A DNA stretch of 64,000 nt from Alphaproteobacteria bacterium (lineage in GTDB: Bacteria > Pseudomonadota > Alphaproteobacteria > SHVV01), in contig OZ253470.1 of NCBI GenBank assembly GCA_965261735.1, forward strand, positions 1,952,001 through 2,016,000, read 5' to 3'. A model generated the notes under the pieces. That model was not told the origin of the DNA and did no database searches. It saw nothing but the letters and a program-made list of their open reading frames with translations. Position 1 is the stretch's first letter. Each line of letters opens with the position of its first letter. This document shows positions 21,239 to 31,736 of this stretch, piece by piece. The position numbers and the translations under genes are program-made.

Positions 21239-21432
21239 TCCCTGTTCGGCGAGTGAATTTCCCTGTTCACCCTGGAAAATTCCCTGTTAGGCCAATAATA
21301 ATTCCCTGTTCCGTGGCGTAGGGAATTGGGTCTCGATTCCCTATGATATCAAAGCCTTAGACGGCCCACTCCCGCCGATTTAAGGTCGAATCTGCAATAA
21401 TTCCCTCTATTTTCCCTGTTTAACAGGGAATT
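21239..21432. repeat. Phased TCCCTGTT direct repeats plus inverted copies and a palindrome
   Basis: TCCCTGTT at 21239, 21260, 21281 and 21303. AGGGAATT at 21320. Palindrome TTCCCTGTT-T-AACAGGGAA at 21412-21430. Confidence 0.85.
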
Positions 21433-21549
21433 GGCGCAGAGACAGGTTCGCAGCAGACTGCGTCCACCGCCACACTTAAGTCATTGTTATAGAATGTTTA
21501 TTCAGGACGCTGGATGGATTCGAACTTGTCCCGAAACTTCCGGGGCTGT

Positions 21550-21710
21550 TCGGGTAGCGGATTGAAGTCCCTATTTCTGCTTCCGTCAAACTCCTGGACC
21601 CGGACCTCGGAAACATCGGTCAATGCGCCCAATTCAGGGTGCTCCTCTAATCGTAGCTCCTCCATGTGGCTTTCACCGTCGTTTCCCGTGAAAATTCGAT
21701 GTATTCCCAT
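21550..21710 (-). pseudogene. Cupin-like protein N-terminal fragment
   Basis: MGIHRIFTGNDGESHMEE motif. Confidence 0.4.
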
Positions 21711-21824
21711 AGTGCCCCTCCAGATAACATCCAAATATGTTTGAGTTCTGATCTCCGTCGAGAGTTCCTGTGTAGTGCCATAAACCGCTGAATACAGCCT
21801 TATTTCGCAAGGCCTAACAACCGT

Positions 21825-21965
21825 TTGGCGTACATGAGGCCGAGCCAAGTCTGGGCGTCGGCAAGTCCCTGCTCGGCAGCTAGGCGATACCACTTCAACG
21901 CCTCAGCGTAGTCCTGGGTGACGCCCCGGCCGTTGTCGTACATGAAGCCGAGGTTGTACATGGCG
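21825..21965 (-). pseudogene. Sel1-repeat protein fragment
   Basis: AMYNLGFMYDNGRGVTQDYAEALKWYRLAAEQGLADAQTWLGLMY. Confidence 0.75.
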
Positions 21966-22147
21966 AAACGGCGGCGGTCGGTTGTACTGCGTCGACCTGA
22001 TTCCGAGTGCCGGCCACCCTCAGCAGACGGTATAGGTGCCACGTCGGTTCTGCGGGGAGCTACGTTCGGCCGATTGGGTGGTGCGCATGTCGCCCAACAT
22101 CAGGCACCTTGAACCGAGCTTAATCGTACATTCTGGAAAGAGAGTCT

Positions 22148-23593
22148 ATGTCACCCACCAACGTCCTGTTCATCACATCCGATGAGCACAATCGAGACAT
22201 CGCGGGCTGCTATGGCAACACGCTTGTGAAGACGCCCAACCTCGATGCCTTGGCTGAACGCGGGACGCTGTTCACCAACGCCTACACCAACAGTCCAATC
22301 TGCGTGCCGGCGCGTGCAAGTTTCGCCACCGGCCGCTACGTCCACCAGATACGTTGCTGGGACAACGGCAATCCCTACGATGGCCAGTGGCCCTCGTGGG
22401 GGCACCGTCTCATGGACTCGGGTCATCAGGTCACGTCGATCGGCAAGCTTCACTACCGGTCAGCGGACGATGACAACGGCTTTGTCGAGGAAGTTCTACC
22501 TCTCCATGTCGTCGATGGAATTGGCGATGCCCGCGGCCTTTTGCGAAAAGACATGTCGCGGCGAACGACGGCCAGCAACTTCGCTGAGCGAGTGGGCCGC
22601 GGAGGCTCAAGCTACTCCGACTACGATCGCAGCATTGCTGATGCGGCCAGCGGATGGCTCAACGAAGAAGCACCGCGGCATACAGACAAGCCGTGGGCAC
22701 TTTATGTCTCGTTTGTCACGCCCCATTATCCCTTGATCGCGCCGGACGAATATTTCGATCTCTACGATCCAGACGAGATGCCAATGCCTCGAATGTACAG
22801 CGCAGCAGAGCGCCCTCGACACCCCGTGATCGATACCCAACGGCGTATCTGGAACTATGACGATTACTTTGATGAGGAGCGTGTCCGACTTGCCGTCGCC
22901 GCCTATTACGGCCTTTGCAGTTTCATGGACTCCTGCATTGGCCGTGTTCTCGCAGCGTTGGATGACTGCGGCCTTCGTGACTCAACCACAGTGATCTACT
23001 CGAGCGACCACGGTGAGAATCTTGGCAATAAGGGGTTATGGGGGAAGTCGGTGCTGTACGAAGACTCGACCGCCGTTCCTCTCATCATGGCCGGTCCGAG
23101 TGTGTCGGAGGGAAAACGTGTCTCCGCGCCCGTGTCGTTGGTGGATATCTACCCGACTATCATCGAGTGTACCGGGGAGGAGGACGCTCCGGACGAAGCC
23201 CCAAGACCAGGCACGTCTTTGCTATCCGTCGCTGCCGGTGACGTTCCGGAGCGTACGGTCCTCAGCGAATACCACGCTTCGGGTTCGATAACGGGTGAGT
23301 TCATGTTACGGGTCGGCCGCTGGAAATATCATTACTATGTCGGCTACGAGCCGCAGCTATTCGACCTGGAAACCGATCCTCATGAAACCGTGGACTTGGC
23401 GGCCGATCCGGAGCATGCCGAGACACTGGCAATGTGTGAAGTTGAGCTCCGCAAGGTCGTGGACCCAGAAGCCGCAAACGACCTCGCTTTCCAGGATCAG
23501 GCAGCAAAGATCGAGGCGCTTGGCGGTCTCGATGTTATCTCCCAGCGGCAAGAGCACGGCTACACCCCCGCCCCCGGTCAGCCGATCGAGTAG
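22148..23593 (+). CDS. Sulfatase (choline-sulfatase-like)
   Basis: SDEH, SPICVPARASFATG (CxPxR), GKLH and SSDHGE. Confidence 0.92.
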   Translation: MSPTNVLFITSDEHNRDIAGCYGNTLVKTPNLDALAERGTLFTNAYTNSPICVPARASFATGRYVHQIRCWDNGNPYDGQWPSWGHRLMDSGHQVTSIGKLHYRSADDDNGFVEEVLPLHVVDGIGDARGLLRKDMSRRTTASNFAERVGRGGSSYSDYDRSIADAASGWLNEEAPRHTDKPWALYVSFVTPHYPLIAPDEYFDLYDPDEMPMPRMYSAAERPRHPVIDTQRRIWNYDDYFDEERVRLAVAAYYGLCSFMDSCIGRVLAALDDCGLRDSTTVIYSSDHGENLGNKGLWGKSVLYEDSTAVPLIMAGPSVSEGKRVSAPVSLVDIYPTIIECTGEEDAPDEAPRPGTSLLSVAAGDVPERTVLSEYHASGSITGEFMLRVGRWKYHYYVGYEPQLFDLETDPHETVDLAADPEHAETLAMCEVELRKVVDPEAANDLAFQDQAAKIEALGGLDVISQRQEHGYTPAPGQPIE

Positions 23594-24228
23594 TCGGAAC
23601 CGGAGGCCACCCCCATCCGGCTCAGCGTCGCCCAAGAAAGGAAACGGCAATGGATGAGATCAGCGTCGGGTTTATCGAGAAAGCCAAAACCTCAGACGTG
23701 CGGGCCAGGCTCGTCGAATACCACGGCCGGCCGCATGCCCTGGCTCAACTCTCGGTCGGCAAAACGGAAACATGTTTCCGATGTGCGGCCTCTCGTCGAC
23801 CTTACTGAAGGGGCGGCTGGCCCAAACCCGGCTAACGACGAGCCCAGTACCGGAGTTCGCCCATTCGCCTAACGATGAGGCCAATAATAGACCTGCGGAC
23901 ACGATGTCCGCAGGTGAGACCGAATACCAGCGGGCGTTGGCTGAAACCGGGCTAGATGAACGGATTGCGCGGCGCTAGCAGGTAATATCGCATTGCCCGC
24001 AGGCCGGCGACGGCGCCGATCTTGTCGGGGGTATCCCCGCCATCCGACGCAGACCTTCCGGAAAGTTTCCGGGAGGTTGCCTCCGCTGCCACTGCCGGCC
24101 CCAACGCCCGTCGGATTGCATCGATCTCGGTCGGAAGGAAGTCCTTGCGGATGGCATTCTCCGCGTATCGCGAACGTCATCGCCAGTTCGGGAGCTTTTG
24201 GTGTCAGAGCCACCCCGAGGACGCAATT

Positions 24229-25383
24229 CTAGTGGATTGATCGGAACGAAAGAGTCCGATTTGAGATTCCGTATTGTGCGGTGTCATGCGAGTCTGTGCT
24301 ATGCGCACCGGCATCCATTTTACTGTCACGTCTGGCGACCGTCAGCGATTGCAAGCTATCGTCGCGGACCCGAAGAGCTCGCAGAAACATGTCTGGCGGG
24401 CGCGGATCATCCTGAAGAGCGACGAGGGGCTCGGGAACTCGTCGATCATGGCCGAGACCGGCAAGTCCAAGACCTGTGTCTGGCGCTGGCAGGAGCGGTT
24501 CATGCACGAGGGTGTCAACGGCTTGCTTCGCGACAGGTCCCGTCCGCCTGGCAAAGCGCCGATCCCGCCGGAGCGCGTCGCCGAGATCGTCCGCCTGACC
24601 CAGCAAGCGCCGCCGCACGAGGCGACCCACTGGACGCTGCGCGCGATGGCGAAGGTTGCTGGCGTCGCGGCGTCGACGGTCCAAGCGATCTGGAAGGCCC
24701 ATGGCCTCAGCCCGCACCGCTGGCGGCACTTCAAGCTCTCCAATGATCCCGCCTTCGCCGAGAAGCTCACAGATATCGTCGGCTTGTATGTCGATCCGCC
24801 GGCCCATGCCGTGGTGCTGTCGGTTGATGAGAAATCACAGATCCAGGCGCTCGACCGCACCCAACCCGGCTTGCCGATGAAGAAGGGCCGCGCCGGTACG
24901 ATGACCTATGATTACAAACGGCATGGCACGACGACGCTGTTCGCCGCGCTCAACGTGCTGGACGGTACGGTCATCGCACAGAACATGCAGCGCCACCGCC
25001 ATCAGGAGTTCATCCGCTTCCTCAACCGCATCGAGCGCGAGGTGCCGACGGACAAGGCCGTCCACGTCATCCTCGACAACTACGCCGCGCACAAGAAGGA
25101 CAAGGTCCGCGCCTGGCTCGCCCGCCATCCACGCTGGACCTTCCACTTCACGCCAACCTCGTGCTCGTGGCTCAATGCCGTCGAGGGCTTCTTCGCCAAA
25201 CTAACGCGGCGCAGGCTCAAATACGGCGTCTTCCAATCCGTCGTCGACCTTCAGGACGCCATCAACCGATTTGTCCGCGAATACAATGACGCAAACCCAA
25301 AACCCTTCATCTGGAAAGCCGACCCCGATCATATCATCGCCGCACGAAACAGAGGGTTCCAAACGTTGGAATCAATCCACTAG
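24229..25383 (+). mobile_element. IS630-family element, complete (transposase 24301..25383)
   Basis: IRs TAGTGGATTGAT and ATCAATCCACTA with CTAG at both ends. DDE motifs VDEK, ILDNY and WLNAVE. Confidence 0.93.
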
Positions 25384-25585
25384 GCCCCTCTACGGCCTTC
25401 CCAGTGACTTTCTATGTTCCTAGACTGTTCTCGTGGGCAGGCGGGGCCGCTACAAGAGCATTCTGGGCAATTCAATCAAACTACAGCGCTTGCGGGCGCA
25501 TCTCTGACGTAGCTCCCGCTTAACAAACGGGGTGGCATTGCTGCGCCCGTAAAGGTTCGGTCGGGCCGGTATAGGTCGACGTTGG

Positions 25586-26195
25586 GTGCGCCAGGCTAAC
25601 TGGTGCCAGTGCAGCCGGTGAGAGTCCGGCAGGAAGGAGAAGGCAAGCCACCACTTCCACCCCGAGTCATGGGCCGTCATTCGCGAGGATGGGGGTTAAG
25701 CGTTGACAGGGGCGCGTGTGGGCGGGGCTATTGAGCACCGAAATAGACCATGTTCGGGATGCCGAAGCTGACCAATGGGCTGAAGGCAACATCTGACCCA
25801 CCGATATGGCGAGGGGGGCCAGAATCCCGCGGTGTCTAAGAATCCAGGCACGCACGTACGCACTGCACCGGGACCTGGGAGGTCTCCATGCCATCCCGCT
25901 GCCGTGGCGGGATCGCAGAGGAAAGGAGTAATCCACAACCGATGATGAACGGCATGGAGAAGTCAGACTCGGTAATAGTAGCTGTGAAGTCGGTGAACAA
26001 AGGGACGCCCGTCCCGGCGGAGCCGATGGAGCCAAGGACCGAGCCCAAGGGGAATCCGAAAAGCCAAAGCATGCGCCGGACACAGGACCGGGAAAGCGTG
26101 TCACAGGCGGCCGATCGGATACGGCAGTTTGTACAACGGGAACCAGGGATGCGTCTCACGGCGCTTCTCCACCATATCACGGTCGACGCGCTGCG
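25586..26195 (+). mobile_element. Group II intron 5' fragment with the start of its RT ORF (25942..~26195)
   Basis: 5' GTGCG, AAGCGTTGACAGGGG and GCTATTGAGC motifs, MNGMEKSDSVIVA...LTALLHHITVDALR. RT core and domain V are absent. Confidence 0.8.
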
Positions 26196-26520
26196 CGAGC
26201 GGCAGCACGCCCGTGCGGAGCGGGAACGGGCGCGGGCGGACGCGGCCGAAGCACGCTGTGAAGAGCTGCGCCGGTCAGATGTGGATGCTCGTTCCCGGGC
26301 GGGTTCTTTCAAGTGGCAGCTCGACAGCTGTCGGGGCAAGCTGGAGGCGTCCCGCGTCGAGGTGAAGGAACTGCGTCGCGCGGTGAAGGCCGCGCAATCA
26401 TCGAAGGCGGAAGTGACGCGGTTTGAGCAGCGGCCTTCGGAATCCCGCATTGAGGCCGCCAGGCAGCCCCCGGTTGTGTCGCTCACGGAGGTCAACCAGC
26501 TGCGCAAGGCTCTGAAGGTG
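26196..26520 (+). pseudogene. Coiled-coil fragment, possibly the N-terminus of an IS66-type transposase
   Basis: ERARADAAEARCEELRR...KWQLDSCRGKL. Family call is tentative. Confidence 0.3.
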
Positions 26521-26801
26521 GCGCAGGGCACCGGGTGGTCCTCGTCCAGCGCGCCCTCGGCGGCCAGCGCCTGCATCGCAGCCAACCGCCGTCCGCCGGC
26601 GATCACCGCGTAGCGCGCGACACAATCGGTGCCGGGTTCCATGGCGCGGGCAATCAGGTTCTCGAGCAGCCCGTGGGCGGCGATCGAGGCCTTGAGTTCG
26701 GTGAAGGCCGAAGCATCGGCCGGCGTCTTGCGCACATTGCCGGGCGAGAGTTCGAGTTGGGACAGCGGGATGTTGCGGATATCGCGGTCGGGGTCGTGCA
26801 T
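26521..26801 (-). pseudogene. ParB/Spo0J-family partition protein N-terminal fragment (plasmid/ICE type)
   Basis: IPLSQLELSPGNVRK, LKASIAAHGLLENL and YAVIAGGRRLAA. Confidence 0.8.
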
Positions 26802-26999
26802 GTCGGTCTCCGGGATTGCGTGAATGCGGAACCGGGCGGGGACACCCTCTTCGGCATCCGCCCTCGCCCGCCTTCGGCTCAAGCTCTGGCTCTCGCCGGC
26901 GTAACGGAACCGGATGGAGCCGGAACGGCTGGACCGCGCAAGGACAGTTGAATCGATCGCCGCCGTTCCAGCGCCGGGCAGGCCGCCATGGGCAGGCGC

Positions 27000-27477
27000 G
27001 GTGCTGGTTCGATACCCGCCACGAGCCGTCGGGCTGGCGGCAGGCGCTGCCGTGGGCTTGCCCGGTGCGCCCGCCGGCGGTCGCGGTGAGTTGGTATTCC
27101 CTGCAGTAGATTCCGGCGGCCGATCTGTAGGTGCGGGTCGGTGTAATCGCCCCTGCGTTACCGGTTTCGGGATTGCGCCAGCACGAGGGCACCCCGCTTG
27201 GACGGGTTTCCAGCAACGCTTGCCGTCTGCGGGCCGCATACAGCTTGTCGAGCGAGGCGCCGATCTCACCACCGGGAAACGACCCCGCCATGGTTCCTGC
27301 CACGGTGGCCCCGATCCCGAGCTTGCCGCTTCCAACCGTGGATCCGAGCACGCGCGGGCGACTCCGCCGAGCTACGCCATCCGTTTCACGCCATGATCGC
27401 CGGTCATGTAACCGGCGAGAAACAGCGCCGCGATTACCGCGATCGCCGTCCCGATCGCCGCCGTCTTCGAATGGGTC
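27000..27477 (-). pseudogene. 17 kDa surface antigen (RT0821/Lpp0805-like), degraded
   Basis: Glycine zipper, WRNPETGNAG, YCREYQ and GSACRQPDGSW. The leader is in another frame. Confidence 0.7.
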
Positions 27478-27655
27478 AATCGAGGGCTCCCGGCGGGGCG
27501 GCGAGAGCCGTTCTCTCGCCCTCGTTCCCGCCGCCCGAAAGGCCCCGGCCTCATTCTCTCGCCGGCGCGCCAGGTTCTCGCGGTGGCAGCGCGTCCGTAG
27601 TGTAACTTTCTGCTTGTGGACCGCTGCCCGGATCGACGCCCGGGTCTGCCGAGGC

Positions 27656-28915
27656 TCAGGTTTTAACCTTCGGAATGTCTTCCCAACGGGTTGTGTAGTT
27701 GGGCGAGCGGAACGCGCTGCTCGATCGCCAGGCCGCGGCCTGCGCCGCGGGGCCGAATTGGATCGCTCCCGGCCCCAGCCGGTCGTTGATGGCGTCGAAC
27801 GCTTCGATCAGCTTGTCGTCCCTTGGATCCTGCGTATCGAATAGCGAGATTGGCGCCCGGCCGGCTTCTACGAGGTCGAGCAGCATCACCCCGGCGCGCT
27901 TGTACGCCAGCCCCTCGCGGTAGATGTGCTTCAGAGCGGCCAGTGCGGCTCGCACGACATGCCTCGTGTTATTGGTCGCGGGCGACAGTGCTTCCGAGCG
28001 GGAGGGAGCGTGGTGTGGGCTCTTGCCGAAACGGTTGGTCTCGATGAACACGCTCACCGAGGTTGAGACAAGATTGGCCCTGCGGATCGATCGCGCCGCA
28101 TCGGTCGCGAACATGGCGATCGCATTGGCCAACTCGTCGTAGTCGCGCACTTCCGTGCCGAAGGATCGCGAGACCATCGTCGTTTGCTTGGGCTGGGGCA
28201 TGTCGTCGAAGCCTATACAGTCACCGCCGCGTAATTCCCGCACCGTCTTCAGCCCGCCGACGCCCATCTCCTTGCGGATCCAGCCATCGGGCCGCCGCGC
28301 GAGATCGAGGGCCGTCATGACGCCGTTGCGGTTGAGTTTCTTGGCGTACTGCCTGCCGATGCCCCAGATATCGCCGACTTCCGTTGACGCCAGCGCCCTG
28401 TCGCGCCAGCGCTCACCGGTGAGATCGAGAACACCGTCCGTTTTGGCGGAGGTCTTCGCGAGGCGGTTGGCGATCTTGGCAAGGGTCTTGGTCTCGGCGA
28501 TGCCGATGCTGATCGGCAGCCCGGTCCATTGCCGCACGGTGCGTTTCAGGTCCTGGCAGAATGCAGTGAGCTCTTGCGGTATTCCCGTGAGATCAAGGAA
28601 GCATTCGTCGATCGAGTATTTCTCTACCGCCGGGACCAGTTCCCCGAAGGCCTGCATCACCCGGTTGGTCATGTCGGTATAGAACTGGAGGTTGCCGCTG
28701 ATGACCGCGATGCTGTTCCGCTCGATGAGGTCTTTCGCCTGGAACGCCGGCTGCGCCATCTTGACGCCGAGCGCCTTGGCCTCGTCGCTGCGCGCCACGA
28801 TGCAGCCGTCGTTCGACGACAGGACGACGGCCGGGCGGCCCTCGAGCGCGGGCCGGAAGACCCGCTCGCAGGAAACGAAGAAGTTATTGCAGTCGGCCAG
28901 TCCGTAGACGCTCAT
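27656..28915 (-). CDS. umuC: Y-family DNA polymerase V catalytic subunit
   Basis: DCNNFFVSCE, SSNDGC, YSIDE, TKTLAK and SPNYTTRW. Confidence 0.92.
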   Translation of the reverse strand: MSVYGLADCNNFFVSCERVFRPALEGRPAVVLSSNDGCIVARSDEAKALGVKMAQPAFQAKDLIERNSIAVISGNLQFYTDMTNRVMQAFGELVPAVEKYSIDECFLDLTGIPQELTAFCQDLKRTVRQWTGLPISIGIAETKTLAKIANRLAKTSAKTDGVLDLTGERWRDRALASTEVGDIWGIGRQYAKKLNRNGVMTALDLARRPDGWIRKEMGVGGLKTVRELRGGDCIGFDDMPQPKQTTMVSRSFGTEVRDYDELANAIAMFATDAARSIRRANLVSTSVSVFIETNRFGKSPHHAPSRSEALSPATNNTRHVVRAALAALKHIYREGLAYKRAGVMLLDLVEAGRAPISLFDTQDPRDDKLIEAFDAINDRLGPGAIQFGPAAQAAAWRSSSAFRSPNYTTRWEDIPKVKT

Positions 28916-29196
28916 GGCAGGCTCCGCACCACCCCGGCGACGATGCCCCAGACTTGGGCCTCCTCGCCATCGAGGGCGGCGAACGGACGCGCGGTCAACT
29001 CGCCTTCGATTGACGCGATGACGATGGAGCCCGCGCCCGGCGTGCGCGAACGGTCGACGATCAGGGTATCGCCGGCAAGGATCGCGTGTTCGGCCATGCC
29101 GCCGCCCTCGACCGTGACAAAGAATGTCGCCGCCGGACGCTTTATGAAATGATCGTCGAGGCTAAGACTCGTCGTGGGGGTGACTACGGTGAACAT
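28912..29196 (-). CDS. UmuD-like S24-fold protein, short, with a degenerate catalytic dyad
   Basis: FIKRPAATFF, AGDTLIVDRS and QVWGIV. ATGA overlap with umuC. Confidence 0.75.
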   Translation of the reverse strand: MFTVVTPTTSLSLDDHFIKRPAATFFVTVEGGGMAEHAILAGDTLIVDRSRTPGAGSIVIASIEGELTARPFAALDGEEAQVWGIVAGVVRSLP

Positions 29197-29393
29197 CAGG
29201 CAATGGCCTGTAAATTTCCCTTATCGGCGCCGGCGGCGATTAACTTGGTTTGGCGGTAGAATACATCCAGCACATCGGTTCAAGTAGAACGACGTGAAAA
29301 GGGAAACGGAAAGCTGGCGTGTAACAGGGGCAATCAGTTGCACCAGCCGGGCCACGCGACAGTATAAGAGGCTTGAAATGAGGGGTTTAGGAA

Positions 29394-29633
29394 ATGGCTA
29401 TCGATGAGACCGGACTCACCAAAGGTCTGGTGAGAAAATTGAACGCGCTTAGGAAATCCGTCGGCGACGACCTCGCCGAAGAGGTCTTCGCAAGGTGGCT
29501 GGAGCGGGAGGCTGCCTTACAAGCCAGGAGCAAGCCAGATCCCGTGGCGATGAAGATCGTCGAGGCTCTCGCGGGCTTTGAAGCCGATAAAGCGCTGACC
29601 CCGTCTTCTGAAGTTGAGGAGCCCAATCGATGA
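29394..29633 (+). CDS. Small hypothetical protein, possibly truncated
   Basis: 79 aa ORF with RBS, overlapping the next gene. Confidence 0.45.
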   Translation: MAIDETGLTKGLVRKLNALRKSVGDDLAEEVFARWLEREAALQARSKPDPVAMKIVEALAGFEADKALTPSSEVEEPNR

Positions 29634-29950
29634 CCGCCTTTGATGACCGCAAAACAGCCGCCGAAGCCAAGTTCACGCATGATCAGGAGTTCCAGTTTAA
29701 GACCATCGCGCGGCGCAACAAGCTGCTCGGCCTGTGGGCAGCGGAACAAATGGGCATTTCAGGCGCGGATGCCGAGGCCTACGCCAAGCAGGTCGTGATC
29801 GCCGATTTTGAAGAGCCGGGAGATGCCGATGTGTTGCGGAAGGTGCTCGGCGACCTGACTGACAAAGGGATCGCGACGGACGAGAACAAGGTGCGTCACG
29901 AGATGACCCGCCTGCTCGAGGAAGCCAAAATGCAGGTTTCGACCGAATAG
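29630..29950 (+). CDS. DUF1476 / F1Fo ATP synthase inhibitory zeta subunit
   Basis: MTAFDDRK...EAKFTHDQEFQFKTIARRNKLLGLWAA. Confidence 0.85.
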   Translation: MTAFDDRKTAAEAKFTHDQEFQFKTIARRNKLLGLWAAEQMGISGADAEAYAKQVVIADFEEPGDADVLRKVLGDLTDKGIATDENKVRHEMTRLLEEAKMQVSTE

Positions 29951-30026
29951 AACGCGATCATTGGGTTAAATCAACAGGCTGGCACCGCGGGATCACGGTG
30001 CGTCAGCAACGCAAAGCTATGCAACC

Positions 30027-31040
30027 TGAAAGTCATCCGGCGATGAGGAGGCGATAGGGCATGGGCTGGTTTCGTGCGGCGCTATGGACGAAACGCGGGA
30101 TCATTGTCTGGAGTTGATAGCGCCGGTTGTAGCGCCAGGCGAAGCTGGCGAGATAGCGTCCGGCATGGTCGGGGCCGAGCTTGCGATAAGTCCCGGTGAT
30201 CGCGCTTTTGATGTTGCCGAGCGTCGTGTTCACCCATTTGAACGATGCCATGCGGGCCGCCTGGCGGCCCGACCCGGTGCGGATCGCCTGGTGGCTGCAG
30301 GCGGCTTCTTCGAGTGCGCTCCAGCAGCCCAGGCGGTCCGTCACAACCGCCGCGCCGGGGGCCAGCCAGTGCTTGGCGCCGCGCGCGATCTCGCGCTTGC
30401 GGAAGCCCTTGACCGGCGCCAGCTTCAGCTTGCGCGGGCGCCCCTCGGGACTGGTCGAGACCGCCGCCACGAAGGGCGTTTTGCCCGCCGCGCCGCGGCC
30501 CCGCTTGCCGCCGGAGCGCACCCCGCCGAGATAGGCGTCGTCCATCTCGACCCGCCCCGTAAGCGCCGTCTCCCCCTCGCGCCGCGCCATCACCGCCATG
30601 ATCTTGTGCTTCACGGCCCAGGCCGTCGGCTGCTTGACCCCGAGACGGCGGCCGAGTTCCACCGACGAGATGCCGTTCTTCGCCGTCACGATCAGGTGGA
30701 TGGCGGCAAACCAGACTGTCAGCGGCAGCTTGGTCGCGTGGAAGATCGTGCCCGCCGTGGGCGATGTCTGCTTCTTGCACCGGTTGCATTGATAGAGACC
30801 CCGACCCGCCAACACGCAATGCTCCCGATGGCCGCAGCAGGGGCAGACGAAGCCGCCCGGCCAGCGCAGCCGGACCAGCGCCGCGCGGCACTGCTCCTTG
30901 GTGCCGAAGGCCTCCCGAAACGCCTCGTCGTTCAGACCACGCACGCGCGATGCAACCTTGAACCCCATAACCGTGACCCCCTCATACAGAACATATTGAG
31001 AACATACATCCCCACAGGCGGAGTGTCACGGATAAGCAGG
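30027..31040 (-). mobile_element. IS1595-family element, transposase 30033..30968
   Basis: Zn ribbon CPCCG and CNRC, VEMDDAY, VVTD and YLASFAWRYNRR. Ends are approximate. Confidence 0.88.
30989..31003 (-). promoter_or_regulatory. Alphaproteobacterial LexA (SOS) box upstream of the IS1595 transposase
   Basis: GAACATATTGAGAAC matches GAAC-N7-GAAC. Confidence 0.55.
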
Positions 31041-31253
31041 AACTTTTTTGCCTGCTCCTCGGTGTGTCCCCCAGCGGAAAGCACGACCTCAAGTAGCTTC
31101 AGCGACCCCCATCCCTTCGCGTATGTACCTCCACTAGCAGTGACAATTGGCCTGAGCCCCTTAACAAGAAAGCCCTCGACTACCAAATGATCGAGCGCAA
31201 GGATTTCGTTGCCCCATTCTTCGATGGAGTTTGTCGCGGGGTAGAGCGCTTTC

Positions 31254-31736
31254 TCAAGCAGCATCGGCGTCGATCTCGGGAACGAGGTCCGCGTCGTCGT
31301 CCGCCGCCACGGGGCCGATGACGAGGGCGTCAATCTCAGCCGTGTTGAAACCGGTAACCTCGATATCGAAGTCCAACTCGATTCCGGTGAGCGCCTTGAT
31401 CTCGATCGAGAGCATCTCCTCGTCCCAGCCGGCCAGTTCGGCCAGGCGGTTGTCGGCGATGACGTACGCGCGAACTTGTGCTTCCGTGAGGTCACTCAGC
31501 CGGATCGCCGGAACCTCCTCCAGCCCGAGCAGCTTCGCCGCTTCCAGGCGCCCGTGGCCCGCCACTACCCGCCGGCTCTCGTCGATGAGGACGGGGTTGG
31601 TCCAGCCGAAGGTCCGGATGGATTGGGCGATCTGCCGGATCTGCTTCTTGGTATGCGTACGGGCGTTACCCGCGTACGGCTTCAGGGTGGAGACCGCTAT
31701 ACGCTCGACCTTGAGGTCGCGAATGCGCTCAGACAT
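31254..31736 (-). pseudogene. ParB-MTase N-terminal part, truncated (paralogue of 10913-11717)
   Basis: MSERIRDLKVE...NARTH...YVIADNRLAE. Confidence 0.85.

Noticed and set aside
21239-21330. CRISPR array
   Set aside because: Repeats are only 8-11 bp with about 13 bp gaps, and no cas genes are present.
21432-21472. tRNA gene
   Set aside because: Only a 3'-half-like sequence, with no D-arm or anticodon arm.
19970-21818. Integron cassette array suggested by GTTAGGC (minus strand) at 19970 and 21812 near gene junctions
   Set aside because: No integrase and no full-length attC palindromes, so the 7-mers alone are insufficient.
25586-26195. Retron, DGR or other novel RT system
   Set aside because: The sequence matches a group II intron 5' end, and the RT catalytic domain is missing.
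25836-27351. 499 aa and 317 aa ORFs as single novel proteins
   Set aside because: They are chance read-throughs across unrelated fragments (surface antigen, ParB, intron antisense).
29255-29292. LexA box upstream of umuD
   Set aside because: The best match, GAAT-N7-GCAC, has two mismatches and is too weak to call.
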